A stretch of DNA of 64,000 bases from Candidatus Bathyarchaeota archaeon (GTDB taxonomy: Archaea; Thermoproteota; Bathyarchaeia; Bathyarchaeales; Bathycorpusculaceae). Below are positions 1 to 10,083 of the stretch, one piece after another; the first letter of the stretch is position 1, and each line of letters opens with the position of its first letter. The position numbers and the translations under genes are program-made. The stretch lies in contig OY969706.1 of assembly GCA_963702095.1 (NCBI GenBank), forward strand, positions 448,001 to 512,000, read 5' to 3'. The notes below the pieces were generated by a model. The model had not been told where the DNA came from. It saw nothing but the letters and a program-made list of their open reading frames with translations, and searched no databases.

Positions 1-1
1 G

Positions 2-2098
2 AAGCCGCCGCTGGCAAGAATAGACAAAATTCAAAAAAGCCAGTTAACGGGCAAACCCCAGTATATCCAGTTCACCATAATCAAGAGCTCGCAGGAAGCA
101 GAAAATTCAGGCTCAATCATACCCCCAGACATCGCCATCTGCAACCAATGCCTCAAAGAACTCCGCGACCCCAACAACCCACGCTTCGACTACTTCTTCA
201 TCACCTGCACCGACTGCGGCCCACGCTTCACCATCATCGAGCGACTGCCCTACGACCGAGAAAACACTACCATGCGTGAGTTTCCAATCTGCGGTTTTTG
301 TGGGCGCGAATACGAGGACCCGGCGAACCGTCGTTTCCATGCGCAGACGGTGGCGTGCCCAACTTGTGGACCCAAAGCCTTCCTGACAACTAACCGCGGA
401 GAACCTGTAGGCGCCGTTGACCCTGTGCGGTTGGCGGGGAAACTGCTCTCTGAAGGCAAAATCTTAGCCGTCAAAGGGTATGGTGGATTCCACATAGCCG
501 CTTCCACCACGCTTGAGAAGCCGCTTTCTAGGCTACGGGAAACTAAGCATCGCCGCGAAAAACCCTTTGCAATAATGGCTAGAAGCTTTGAGGCGGCAAA
601 AACTTTCGGCGAAGTAAGTCCCAAAGAGCAGGATCTACTGACTTCTCCACAGCGCCCCATCGTCCTGTTAAACAAAAACCAAGACTACAGCCTCTCTCCG
701 ATGGTTGCGCCCAACCTGCACAACGTCGGTGTCATGCTGCCCTACACGGCGCTGCATTACATGCTCTTCGACCAAGTCGAGGACTCAGCCTTTGTGATGA
801 CTAGCGCCAATCCCGCCAGCGAACCCATCGTAAAAGACAACGAAGCAGCAATCAAAATCCTAGGCGGCACCGTCGACTATTTCCTTTTTCACAACCGCAA
901 AATCGCCCACCGATGCGACGACAGCGTCATGCGCGTCCACGGTAGTCACCCTGTGTTTATCCGCAGAAGCCGCGGTTACGCCCCAGCTCCAATCCGCCTA
1001 AAACACAGAACCAAACACAGCATCGTCGCTTTAGGCGGCGAACTCAACAATACCTCTACTGTACTCTATGATGATAAAGCCTTCATCAGTCAACACATCG
1101 GCGACGTAGAAAACATCGAAACAGAAAACTTCCTCCGCCAAGCCACCAACCACCTCCAGCACCTCACAAACACCCATGCAGAAGCATTCGCCTGCGATTT
1201 GCACCCCAAATTCAATACCACCCGACTCGCAAAAGAAATGGCTCAGCAGAATGGGTTGCCCTTTGTTCAGGTGCAGCATCACCATGCCCATGCGGCGGCG
1301 TTGATGGCGGAACACGGCTTAGACGATGTAGTGGCGGTAGTCTGTGACGGCTACGGCTACGGTTTAGGCGGCGAAGCATGGGGCGGCGAAATCCTCCACT
1401 GCACCGCAGAATCGGCGGAGTTTCGGCGGGTGGGGCATTTGGAGGCTCAGCCCCTTTTGGGCGGCGACTTAGCCAGCCGGTATCCGCTGCGTATCGCAGC
1501 TGGTATGCTTCAGAAAGCAGGCGTTAACATAGAGGCTTGGCTTAGCAAAAATTTTGAGCACCTGCCCCATGGCGCAACAGAAGCCCAGCTAATAGTGGAG
1601 CAGCTTAAAACTGGCATGGGAACCATTGAAACCACCAGTTGTGGACGCGTTTTGGATGCGGTTGCAGCCTTGTTGGGCGTCTGTTTTGAACGCAGCTACG
1701 AGGGGGAACCCGCCATGAAACTTGAGTCAGCGGCAATGCAGGGCGAGGACGCGTTAGCCCTAAAACCCCTGTTCAAAGGCGACGTTTTAGAGACTGCAAA
1801 CCTTATCAGATCAATTTATGACACTTCAGGCAGGGCTTCCACGGCGGATTTGGCGTATTCAACTCACGTTTATCTCGCCTGTGGCTTAGCAGAGTTAGCT
1901 ATCCAAAAAGCCGTTGCAGAGGGCACGGTAAACGTGGGTTTCACAGGCGGTGCAGCATGCAACCAAATCCTCGCCCAGACCATCCGCCAAATGGTCGAAG
2001 CCGAAGGCCTGCGGTTCTTTGTGCATGAATCTGTACCGGCAGGCGATGGAGGAGTCTCGTTCGGACAGGCAGTTGTAGCATCAAAATCTGTTTTTTAG
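2..2098 (+). CDS. hypF: Carbamoyltransferase HypF (5' end lies before the window)
   Basis: Frame is open from base 2 (PPDIAICNQC...TCTDCGPRFTII zinc fingers) into ORF 272..2098; KGYGGFH, HHHAH and GDGGVSFGQ motifs. Confidence 0.97.
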   Translation, partial: KPPLARIDKIQKSQLTGKPQYIQFTIIKSSQEAENSGSIIPPDIAICNQCLKELRDPNNPRFDYFFITCTDCGPRFTIIERLPYDRENTTMREFPICGFCGREYEDPANRRFHAQTVACPTCGPKAFLTTNRGEPVGAVDPVRLAGKLLSEGKILAVKGYGGFHIAASTTLEKPLSRLRETKHRREKPFAIMARSFEAAKTFGEVSPKEQDLLTSPQRPIVLLNKNQDYSLSPMVAPNLHNVGVMLPYTALHYMLFDQVEDSAFVMTSANPASEPIVKDNEAAIKILGGTVDYFLFHNRKIAHRCDDSVMRVHGSHPVFIRRSRGYAPAPIRLKHRTKHSIVALGGELNNTSTVLYDDKAFISQHIGDVENIETENFLRQATNHLQHLTNTHAEAFACDLHPKFNTTRLAKEMAQQNGLPFVQVQHHHAHAAALMAEHGLDDVVAVVCDGYGYGLGGEAWGGEILHCTAESAEFRRVGHLEAQPLLGGDLASRYPLRIAAGMLQKAGVNIEAWLSKNFEHLPHGATEAQLIVEQLKTGMGTIETTSCGRVLDAVAALLGVCFERSYEGEPAMKLESAAMQGEDALALKPLFKGDVLETANLIRSIYDTSGRASTADLAYSTHVYLACGLAELAIQKAVAEGTVNVGFTGGAACNQILAQTIRQMVEAEGLRFFVHESVPAGDGGVSFGQAVVASKSVF

Positions 2099-2149
2099 AC
2101 CAATCTGTTTTTATCGCGCTTCAAACCATTTTCTGGGTATCTGATGCTT

Positions 2150-2377
2150 ATGTGTTTAGCTATTCCAGCCAAAATCATGTCATTATCAGGCGAAAAAGCC
2201 CAGGTTGACTTCGGACAGGGCGTTTTGCGCGAAGTTAATGTGTCGCTTGTGGAGGCTAAACTGGGCAATTACGTGCTGGTCCACGCTGGCTACGCGATCC
2301 AGGTTCTTGAAGAGAAAGAGGCACTTGAAACCCTTAGCCTCTGGAAAGACGTGTTAGCTTCCGCCGGCGAGGAATAG
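2150..2377 (+). CDS. hypC: Hydrogenase maturation chaperone HypC
   Basis: N-terminal MCLAIP, YVLVHAGYAI; lies between hypF and hypD. Confidence 0.96.
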   Translation: MCLAIPAKIMSLSGEKAQVDFGQGVLREVNVSLVEAKLGNYVLVHAGYAIQVLEEKEALETLSLWKDVLASAGEE

Positions 2378-2379
2378 GC

Positions 2380-3471
2380 ATGTCGGAGAATCTCCGCTTC
2401 AGAAACCCAGAAGTTGCTTATAGTATTGCCCAAAAAATACGCGCAGTCGCACCCAAAACTGGGCAAATCAAAATCTGCCATGTCTGCGGAACCCACGAGT
2501 GGACGATAACTCATTTTGGATTACGCAGCCTTCTGCCCCCAAACGTTGAGGTGATTGCTGGACCAGGATGCCCCGTCTGCATTGTTCCCGCCGCAGAAGT
2601 CGATGAAGCCGTCTCTTTGGCGAAACAGGGTAAAGTACTAACATGCTTCGGCGACCTGTTGCGTGTGCCAGGCAGTGAATCCTCGCTTATAGACGCCAAA
2701 GCCGCCGGCGCAGACGTCCGAATCGTCTATGCACTTTCAGACGCGGTGGAAATGGCTAAAAAGGAACCGGAAAAAGACTTTGTGTTCCATGCTGTCGGCT
2801 TCGAAACCACTGCACCCATCACCGCGGTTGAGGCACTGGGCGATTTACCCAAAAACTTCAGTTTCCTTGTTTCTCACCGCCTGATTCCGCCTGCTATGGA
2901 GTTGCTTTTGGGCGTGGAGGGTTTGCAAATTGACGGGTTTATTGCGCCGGGGCACGTGAGCGCCATAATCGGCACCAAACCCTATGAATTATTCACCGAT
3001 GTCTACCGTATGCCCACTGTTGTTGCGGGGTTTGAACCCAATGACGTGTTAATGTCCATCTACTTGATTCTCAAACAATGCAGCGTCGGTGACGCTAAAC
3101 TGGAAAACGAGTACTCCAGAGTGGTTAATCCTGAGGGCAACAGAAAAGCCTTGGAGATGATGCGCCGAGCCTTCGATGTTGCTGATGGAAACTGGCGGGG
3201 CATCGGCAAGCTAGCCAACTCAGCCCTGCAGCTCAAGTCCTCCCTAGCAGATTATGATGCATGCAAAAAATATGGCCTCAAACCCCAAGAGGGCAAAGAC
3301 ATCCACACCGGCTGCCAATGCCACCAAGTCATAGTCGGCAAAATCAAACCCGATCAGTGCCCACTGTTCCTGTCCGCCTGCACCCCAGCTAAACCCGTGG
3401 GCGCCTGCATGGTTAGCAGCGAAGGCACCTGCCGGGTCTGGGCAAAAAACGCATCCGCAAATGCCCTCTAA
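2380..3471 (+). CDS. hypD: Hydrogenase maturation protein HypD
   Basis: CGTHE, GPGCPVC, GFETT, PGHVS, CMVSSEGTC motifs. Confidence 0.97.
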   Translation: MSENLRFRNPEVAYSIAQKIRAVAPKTGQIKICHVCGTHEWTITHFGLRSLLPPNVEVIAGPGCPVCIVPAAEVDEAVSLAKQGKVLTCFGDLLRVPGSESSLIDAKAAGADVRIVYALSDAVEMAKKEPEKDFVFHAVGFETTAPITAVEALGDLPKNFSFLVSHRLIPPAMELLLGVEGLQIDGFIAPGHVSAIIGTKPYELFTDVYRMPTVVAGFEPNDVLMSIYLILKQCSVGDAKLENEYSRVVNPEGNRKALEMMRRAFDVADGNWRGIGKLANSALQLKSSLADYDACKKYGLKPQEGKDIHTGCQCHQVIVGKIKPDQCPLFLSACTPAKPVGACMVSSEGTCRVWAKNASANAL

Positions 3472-3498
3472 AAAATGACTTAGCGCTTAGCTTGTGCT

Positions 3499-3897
3499 TT
3501 ACCAGAAGCCGCCTTTAGACGAAACTGTAACGGTAGCCTCCAACGAGCCGGCTCCGATTAATCTGAAAGTCAAATTGTAGCTTCCAGAGGCTAAATCTAT
3601 CCAGTCGCTGGTGTAGCTTTGCTGTCCGCCCTGTGCAGCGGTATGTTCCCATACGACTTGGTCACCGCTTAAGATTTGGGCTTGCCAAACTGCAACGCCG
3701 CTCTGAACAGCTACTGTAACCTGAGCTTTATCGTCTAGAAAAGGCTGGTCAAACGATGCAGTCTGGGAATCTACGCCTGCTGAGAAAGAAACTGGAATAT
3801 CAACGGTTGTTCTGGGGTAAGTTAAACCAAGGTAAACTGCGAACCCTGCAATTACGATAATCACAATAACTACTGTCGCTACAATTGATCTTCTCAC
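3499..3897 (-). CDS. Hypothetical protein with N-terminal membrane anchor and beta-rich extracellular domain
   Basis: RR followed by hydrophobic helix, then beta-strand-like sequence; GTG start assumed. Confidence 0.65.
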   Translation of the reverse strand: MRRSIVATVVIVIIVIAGFAVYLGLTYPRTTVDIPVSFSAGVDSQTASFDQPFLDDKAQVTVAVQSGVAVWQAQILSGDQVVWEHTAAQGGQQSYTSDWIDLASGSYNLTFRLIGAGSLEATVTVSSKGGFW

Positions 3898-4027
3898 AAA
3901 CAAAACTCCTTTAGGCAAAAGTAGGTAACGCATTTCCATATAATCGTTTGTGGGCGCACCTTGTTATAATTTAGATTTACAACCAAGATCGTTTGCTGAT
4001 AGAGCAATGGCCTGTTAGTTGATGGCT

Positions 4028-4648
4028 TCAGGTTGGGTGGGTTTTTTCCCATAAGCGTCTGAAGTTTGGCAATAGGAGCGTCAGCAGCCATAATATTATT
4101 CTTACAGGCACCACTATGCTGCTTGTTATGGTTATGGTCCAGCTCCAAAAGATCGGTATCGTCGAAATAAAGAACAAAGCTGAACTTATTAGGAACGTGT
4201 TTCGTCTGAGTTTGAATTCTCGGAGATTCTCTTTTGTATAGTGTTTATCGGTGACTATGGCGTTGGCAAAGATGCTTTGTATGAGGAATAAACAGCCTAA
4301 ATCAATCGCGTAGAGTATAGAGACATCTTCTACGAGTTGTGCGTTTGTTCCGAACAGTTGGTTGAATAGGTAAGGTTCAATCGAGACCAGAAACAGCAAC
4401 AGAACATTAGCCGCAACCAAGCCGCCTGTTTCAAAATGCAACAGCGCCATGGTGCGTGTGTAGCCATACCAAACGCTGATTAAGATTATGAAGCTAAAAG
4501 CATAGAAAAGAATGAATTGGATCAGTTGCCCCGCATTGTCCGGCGGTTGCCCGATCAATGTTAAGGCACCAATGGAGAGCGCTAAGCCAAAGATTAAGTC
4601 AGAAAGTGTTTCGATTCGGGGTTTGCGTATGGGTCGGTCTTCAGCCAT
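4028..4648 (-). CDS. TMEM175 (DUF1211) family K+ channel-like protein
   Basis: RIETLSDLIFGLALSI resembles the RxxxFSD helix-1 motif; about 6 TM segments. Confidence 0.8.
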   Translation of the reverse strand: MAEDRPIRKPRIETLSDLIFGLALSIGALTLIGQPPDNAGQLIQFILFYAFSFIILISVWYGYTRTMALLHFETGGLVAANVLLLFLVSIEPYLFNQLFGTNAQLVEDVSILYAIDLGCLFLIQSIFANAIVTDKHYTKENLREFKLRRNTFLISSALFFISTIPIFWSWTITITSSIVVPVRIILWLLTLLLPNFRRLWEKTHPT

Positions 4649-4758
4649 AAGTTGCGCCTAACTGGCTAACTAGGGCTAATGAGTGTTAATAACTCTTAAA
4701 CGTTGAGACCTAAAAAAGGAAAAACTAAATAGAAATGGGTTGAAAATATTTTGGGTGC

Positions 4759-4935
4759 TTATCTTATTGCTTCGTCGATTCGCTGGTTCCGTTTGGTGCT
4801 GGTAACTTCTTTGAAGAGCTCCAAGCACTCTTCTTTTGTTGGCGCTTCAATGCATATGCTGCCATATGCACCTATGTCGATTCGGTAGTTTTTTTCTCCT
4901 CTGTCTCTTCTCTCTAATTCTTCGATTTGAGCCAT
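4759..4935 (-). CDS. Small hypothetical protein (58 aa)
   Basis: GGAGAGGGGAG RBS just upstream of ATG; protein-like composition. Confidence 0.65.
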   Translation of the reverse strand: MAQIEELERRDRGEKNYRIDIGAYGSICIEAPTKEECLELFKEVTSTKRNQRIDEAIR

Positions 4936-5080
4936 ATTGTTCTCCCCTCTCCAAATAAGATTATACATACATGTGCACCACAGGTTATATTCTTAGTGTC
5001 GTTTCAGCGTTTTAGAAACTAAAGCGATAACTTGGCTGCTATTTTTCTTTGTGAATGATAAATTTTTGCAAGTAGAAAGT

Positions 5081-5140
5081 AGCTTAAACGCAGATAAGGG
5101 AAATTCAGGAAGAGAGAGGGGAAACACCTGCGTTTAAGCT
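5081..5140. repeat. Perfect 13-bp inverted repeat (AGCTTAAACGCAG / CTGCGTTTAAGCT) with 34-nt loop; candidate sRNA hairpin
   Basis: Arms at 5081-5093 and 5128-5140 are exact reverse complements. Confidence 0.75.
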
Positions 5141-5270
5141 GACTTTATTATACTATTCGCCTTCGCAGCATAAATAATAATGTGACTGCACCCTCACAGC
5201 AACAAAAAGTCATGTTTTAAATCCGATTTTTTCGACTGCACAGTTTTTTGTCAAGTTCGATAAGCTTTTT

Positions 5271-5446
5271 TCTCTTTATGCGAGTGTGGCGGTTTTAACT
5301 GTGCCGCAAGACTGCAAGTGGGGCGGTTGCTTTAGGCTGTATGACTGTTTTCCTGCCTCTGTTTCGGTGTGAAAACCCGTTTTTCAGACACACGGTACAT
5401 GACTCCATGTGAAGCAGTCAGGATGTGAATGTGGATCCATGCATCA
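5271..5446 (+). repeat. Dispersed intergenic repeat family A, copy 1 (most diverged)
   Basis: Shares colinear blocks TCTCTTTATG, GTGGCGGTTT, CAAGAC, GGCGGTTGCTTT and TCTGTTTCGGTGTG with copies at 23542-23729 and 58513-58695. Confidence 0.8.
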
Positions 5447-5501
5447 ACCGAATACCCACGAACCTAATTGTCTCAATTGGTTCCATGCTCCTGTGTGGGC
5501 T

Positions 5502-6566
5502 CTAGCAGATTCTTGGCACGGGGTCACCGACGGGGCGAGCTATGATACGTTTTCCGCCGACCGCCGTCTGCATCGCAACACCCCTGAACACAGCGGTGGC
5601 TTCACCGATTATTTGCGCCTCTTTACCCTGGGGGGTTTGCCGCAGAAACTCTAGTACCTCCTCAGCTTTGCCCGGAACGACGCCGATAATGAGTTTGCCT
5701 TCGTTGCCGATTTCGAGTGGATCCAGACCAAGCATTTCGCAGGCGGTCTGGACGTCTGGGTGGATTGGGATTTTGTTTTCCTGGGTTAGGATGCCGACTT
5801 TGGATTTTTCGGTCCACTCGTTTAGGGCGTCGGCTAATCCGCCGCGGGTGGGGTCTTTCATTGCGACGACTCCGCCCACTTCGCCCAGCAGTGCCTGTAC
5901 CATGCGGTTAAGCGGTTTCACGTCGGATTTGATATCGCTGCCAAACTTGAGGCCCTGCTGTGCAGAGAGAACTGCAACGCCGTGATCGCCGATGGCGCCG
6001 CTTAGTATGATTTTGTCGCCTACTGTCAAGTTCGAGTCCAGGGTCCAGCGGGCGTTTAGCATCCGAGTTTTCCCTACAACCGCCAAGTTACTTTCCAATG
6101 CGGGGGTGCGTTTGCCGATGCCTGAAACATTCATTACGCAGCCGCCTAACGCGCCTTTCTCAACGACTTTGGTGTCGCCGGTGACTATGCCCACGTCTGC
6201 TTCAAGGCAGGCTGTTCTCATACTGCCCAGTATGCGTTCTAAATCTGAAATTGGCAAACCCTCCTCCAAAATCAAGCCGCAAGCCAACGCGAACGGTTGG
6301 GCGCCTAAGCAGCTGATGTCGTTGACGGTGCCTGAGATGGCGATGCGTCCGATGTCTCCGCCGGGGAAAAATATGGGTTTTACCGCGTGTGAGTCGCTTT
6401 TGAAGACTATGTCGCCTACGACTGCTGCATCATCCATGGCTTCTATGGGGACTTCTGCGTTGCCTATGCCGCCGAAGGCTTTGACAATATAGTTTTTGAC
6501 GAGGTCATGCATGACTGTGCCGCCTGCGCCATGTAGCATAGTGATTTTCTCATCTTTGGACGCCAT
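5502..6566 (-). CDS. hypE: Hydrogenase maturation protein HypE
   Basis: HGAGG, FFPGGDIG, GTVND, TGDTKVV, DPTRGG and C-terminal PRIC. Confidence 0.97.
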   Translation of the reverse strand: MASKDEKITMLHGAGGTVMHDLVKNYIVKAFGGIGNAEVPIEAMDDAAVVGDIVFKSDSHAVKPIFFPGGDIGRIAISGTVNDISCLGAQPFALACGLILEEGLPISDLERILGSMRTACLEADVGIVTGDTKVVEKGALGGCVMNVSGIGKRTPALESNLAVVGKTRMLNARWTLDSNLTVGDKIILSGAIGDHGVAVLSAQQGLKFGSDIKSDVKPLNRMVQALLGEVGGVVAMKDPTRGGLADALNEWTEKSKVGILTQENKIPIHPDVQTACEMLGLDPLEIGNEGKLIIGVVPGKAEEVLEFLRQTPQGKEAQIIGEATAVFRGVAMQTAVGGKRIIARPVGDPVPRIC

Positions 6567-6719
6567 TGAAGTTGCTTCCTGATTATAATAGACTGTTCTC
6601 TCTTTAAAGATAAACATTAACAAATCTTAGGCCGAAAAGTTGACGCGTTTTTTACTCAGCCCATAGTTTTATACCCCACAACCAAGAGATAATACCGCAA
6701 GGTATTGAGGGACAAGAGA

Positions 6720-7169
6720 ATGGCTAATCAGCAAGCAAGTAATCCGCCGAGTGCAGCCTACTATTTGACTTTAATCGGCGGCATACTGGGCATAATCGTC
6801 GGCGCGTTTCTCCTGTTAATCGTAATTGGAGTTTGGCTTATAATCGCTAACGTTTTACTGGTTGTTTTTGCTCAGAGTCTCATGGCGCATCCGGAGGAAC
6901 ACTCAAAATACGGTACCCTAATCATAGTCTTCTCGATACTTAGCGGAATAAACATATTAGCCCTAATTGGCGGCGTCCTCGCACTCACCTATCAACGGGC
7001 GCCAGCTGCTCCGGCACAGCCCTACCAAACATATGCACCCCCGACATATGCACCACCCTCCACTCAGCCAATAACTTACGCAACAACTAAGTATTGTACC
7101 CAATGTGGTAACCCAGTCGGCGGAGAAGCCCAGTACTGCCCAAAATGCGGCAAAAAACTCTCTCCCTAA
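6720..7169 (+). CDS. Membrane protein with Pro-rich linker and C-terminal zinc ribbon
   Basis: Hydrophobic helices followed by YCTQCG...YCPKCG. Confidence 0.8.
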   Translation: MANQQASNPPSAAYYLTLIGGILGIIVGAFLLLIVIGVWLIIANVLLVVFAQSLMAHPEEHSKYGTLIIVFSILSGINILALIGGVLALTYQRAPAAPAQPYQTYAPPTYAPPSTQPITYATTKYCTQCGNPVGGEAQYCPKCGKKLSP

Positions 7170-7180
7170 CCACTTTTTTC

Positions 7181-7310
7181 TATTGTTAGAAGAAGAGAAT
7201 CTCGCCCTTACTCAACATCTTCTCGGGGGCTTGGCGGCAGTTTGTATTTTGGCTTTAGGTTGCGTAGTGGGTTGCAGGCGGGTTGTGACGAAATCTACAA
7301 GCAGAGCAAA
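7181..7310 (+). repeat. Dispersed intergenic repeat family B, copy 1
   Basis: AGAAGAAGAGAA-TCGCCCTTAC-CAACA-CTTCTC...TGCAGGC-GGTTG...ACAAG shared with 26501-26621 and other copies. Confidence 0.8.
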
Positions 7311-7341
7311 TGCAAAACAAACTTTTTTGAATGATGTTAAC

Positions 7342-7764
7342 TCAAATTCTGCCTTTTAACTGTGACCTAATAGTCTCTACACAAAAAGCTACCGCACACA
7401 CTGCAATAACAGCCGCCGCAAAAAAGTAGCCGCTTGTTACAGTGGCAGGCATAAAAAAAGTCAAATCAACTATAAGCGCAGCGACTGCAAAAATAGCGTA
7501 GAACAAGTATCTTGGAAAGAGGAAACGGCTGATTTTAACGGTGTCTTCTAAGATGACTTTGTCGATGACGTAGCTGCCGTTCTGCCGTTTCAGCAAACCA
7601 GCATCCTCCAGTTTATTGAGGTGATAAACCGCCAGCGACGGCGAGCTTAAGTTTAGGGCTCTTTGAACTTCGCGGGTTCCCTGGGGTTTGCCTTTTTTGA
7701 GCAGAAGACGGTAGACTTCAAGCGTTGTTCCCCGCAACACATCCTCCGTCTTATCTGAGCCCAT
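7342..7764 (-). CDS. Winged-HTH transcriptional regulator with two C-terminal TM helices
   Basis: REVQRALNLSSPSLAVYHLNKLEDAGL wHTH followed by hydrophobic helices. Confidence 0.8.
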   Translation of the reverse strand: MGSDKTEDVLRGTTLEVYRLLLKKGKPQGTREVQRALNLSSPSLAVYHLNKLEDAGLLKRQNGSYVIDKVILEDTVKISRFLFPRYLFYAIFAVAALIVDLTFFMPATVTSGYFFAAAVIAVCAVAFCVETIRSQLKGRI

Positions 7765-7818
7765 GGTATACCCACTGTTTCTTTCCAGTAGAGATGGCTC
7801 TGATTTAAGGGCATCCGT

Positions 7819-7876
7819 GTTCAAAGCTTTAGAACGCCCGAGAACTCTTGAGATAATGTGTTCAACACTGTAGAAT
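7819..7876. promoter_or_regulatory. Two imperfect palindromes TTCAA-N5-TAGAA; candidate operators
   Basis: GTTCAAAGCTTTAGAAC (7819-7835) and GTTCAACACTGTAGAAT (7860-7876) between divergent genes. Confidence 0.5.
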
Positions 7877-7894
7877 TAAGTATCCTCAGCCCCA

Positions 7895-8233
7895 TTGTTC
7901 TTCCATACAAGAACTCGGGAGAAACCAAAGGTGTTGGAAGACAGAAAATTCCTCTTAGCGGCATTTGCCTGTGGCTTGGCAGTTCTGCTCATCGTTGCAG
8001 GCGGCATAGTATACTCCAATATTCCTCAGTCACTCCAAGACGTAAAGGTCCAGCATCAAGTAGGTGATCTGCAATCAAACATTAACTATACCCAAACAGC
8101 CGCAGAAATTCTTCCCCAATCGCCTTCTAACATAATGGAAACCGCCTGTCATAATCTCTACAGTTCTACCCCTATAATATTTGAGGGCAACTGCACATAT
8201 GAACTGGTAACTCCAGGTTATACTAAGAAGTGA
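7895..8233 (+). CDS. Hypothetical membrane-anchored protein (start uncertain)
   Basis: One TM helix then polar region; ends 4 bp before the next gene. Confidence 0.55.
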   Translation: MFFHTRTREKPKVLEDRKFLLAAFACGLAVLLIVAGGIVYSNIPQSLQDVKVQHQVGDLQSNINYTQTAAEILPQSPSNIMETACHNLYSSTPIIFEGNCTYELVTPGYTKK

Positions 8234-8237
8234 CTCT

Positions 8238-9560
8238 ATGAGCGCCCAAAAAAACAAAACCATACTCGCAATAACCCTTGCGGTAGTAGCGGTTTTCTTA
8301 TTGGGCGGAGTCAGCTTCACCTATTTCCCGACTCAGTTGTCCCAACAGCAAAACCTGCCATCAGCGGCGCATATCCTGTGGACGGCACCAGCAGCATCCA
8401 ACACCAGTTACCAAGTGGTAGGTCCCACCTCAACCGACCATCAATACTACTGGGTTACAACACGGCATTTCCCCATGGATACCATTTGCGTCGGTAGCGA
8501 TGGAAGCCTCAACGCCACAAATGCGCCTATCCAGCGCGAGGGAAACACCTACACACTAACAGGTGACATAGTTAACGAAACCATTCTAATCCAGAAAGAC
8601 AACATAGTCCTCGATGGAGTCGGCTACACGTTGCAGGGTTGGTCACAAACCATCGGCGACCAAGCCACCGGAATAAGTATCCTAAACGGAAACAGCATAA
8701 CCATAACAGACCTCAACATCAAACAATTCACCATACCCATCTGGCTCCAAAACTCCACCAACATCAAGGTGGAAAACAACAACATAACACAGGGCTACCC
8801 ATACGCTATACTGATGGAATCCACAAACCAAATATCCATAGTAAACAACACTTTTTTGGGCTCAATGATTGAGTTAAACGATTGCTCAAACAATCTAATA
8901 GAGGGCAATACTTTTGGCAGTGGCTATACTGGGATTTCGGATTACGATGGCGGATGCGACAACTTGATTACGAAGAATACTTTTTTCTCGGTTAATGAGT
9001 CGATAATATTAGAAGGTGCCAATTCAGTGGTAACCCAAAACATGATGGTAAACGGCGATTGCGGGGTTTCGGTGAATGGTCAAAATTTTGTTGTCTCCAA
9101 AAACAGCATATACAACTGCACAACAGCCTTCTTTGTTAATTCACTAAACAGCAAAATATACGAAAATGACGTTTCAAATTCTTCCTTGGCTGTGATGCTT
9201 AACCTTGCTTCTCATGAGCCCCCGACAGGAAACAACACCTTTATCCAAAATAATTTTAGAAACTGCAGTAAACCCCTTCTGGTTTTATATCCATCTAACT
9301 TCCCAGATCACTGGGACGATGGCAGAGAAGGCAACTACTGGAGCAACTACACTGGGGCAGACGGCAACGGCGACGGCGTCGGCGATACACCTTACTTTTT
9401 GGCACAGAACTCCGCCGACAGGTACCCGCTAATGCAGCCCTACGTTACCCAATCAACCAACACCCAAATGGGCACTTATTTCTTCATCATTGCAGTCCTT
9501 GCAGCGCTGGTGGGAGCACTCGCAGCTATAGCGGTGTACATAAAATTCAAAGCCAATTAA
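8238..9560 (+). CDS. NosD/CASH parallel beta-helix surface protein
   Basis: Signal peptide, Asn-rich PbH1 repeats, GNYWSNY-DGNGDGVGDTPY-DRYPLM, C-terminal TM. Confidence 0.88.
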   Translation: MSAQKNKTILAITLAVVAVFLLGGVSFTYFPTQLSQQQNLPSAAHILWTAPAASNTSYQVVGPTSTDHQYYWVTTRHFPMDTICVGSDGSLNATNAPIQREGNTYTLTGDIVNETILIQKDNIVLDGVGYTLQGWSQTIGDQATGISILNGNSITITDLNIKQFTIPIWLQNSTNIKVENNNITQGYPYAILMESTNQISIVNNTFLGSMIELNDCSNNLIEGNTFGSGYTGISDYDGGCDNLITKNTFFSVNESIILEGANSVVTQNMMVNGDCGVSVNGQNFVVSKNSIYNCTTAFFVNSLNSKIYENDVSNSSLAVMLNLASHEPPTGNNTFIQNNFRNCSKPLLVLYPSNFPDHWDDGREGNYWSNYTGADGNGDGVGDTPYFLAQNSADRYPLMQPYVTQSTNTQMGTYFFIIAVLAALVGALAAIAVYIKFKAN

Positions 9561-9692
9561 CGGGTGCGCCAACGCATTTTTCCATGGTTTGGCTGTTTCT
9601 TGCCTTTTTCGCTTAATTAGACTACCCTAAATGAATAAATATTGCCTGTATCAAATTGCAAGAATTACGGGGGTCTTTTTTTGATAAAAAAA

Positions 9693-9980
9693 TTAGGCAT
9701 TATCTTCAGCTGGTTCGGCTGGAGGTAATGCTTCGTCTTCTGGGATTTCTTGTGGTTCTTCGGCTCCTTTTGACATGACCGCAACGATTAATGAGAAGAT
9801 GGTGACTAGCAAATAGGGCATTATCGTTGAGAGGACTACGAAAGTGACGTATTCTATGGGCGGCTCGGTGTAAGTCATTCCAAGTGTGAGGTAAGTGATT
9901 ATGGCTAAGATAACAGTGATTACGGCGGCTGTGAGGGTGAAGTAGGTGGCTATTTTGCCTATTAGTTTCCAGTTTTTCAT
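9693..9980 (-). CDS. Small 2-TM membrane protein with acidic tail
   Basis: Two hydrophobic helices and E/P-rich C terminus. Confidence 0.7.
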   Translation of the reverse strand: MKNWKLIGKIATYFTLTAAVITVILAIITYLTLGMTYTEPPIEYVTFVVLSTIMPYLLVTIFSLIVAVMSKGAEEPQEIPEDEALPPAEPAEDNA

Positions 9981-10083
9981 GGAGTTATACCTAACTGTGG
10001 GTTAGGCGCTTGATTGCTATTTTAAGTTATGCCCGAATCCACCGCACACTACGAATTGTCGATAATGCTAAAATGTCAATCCG

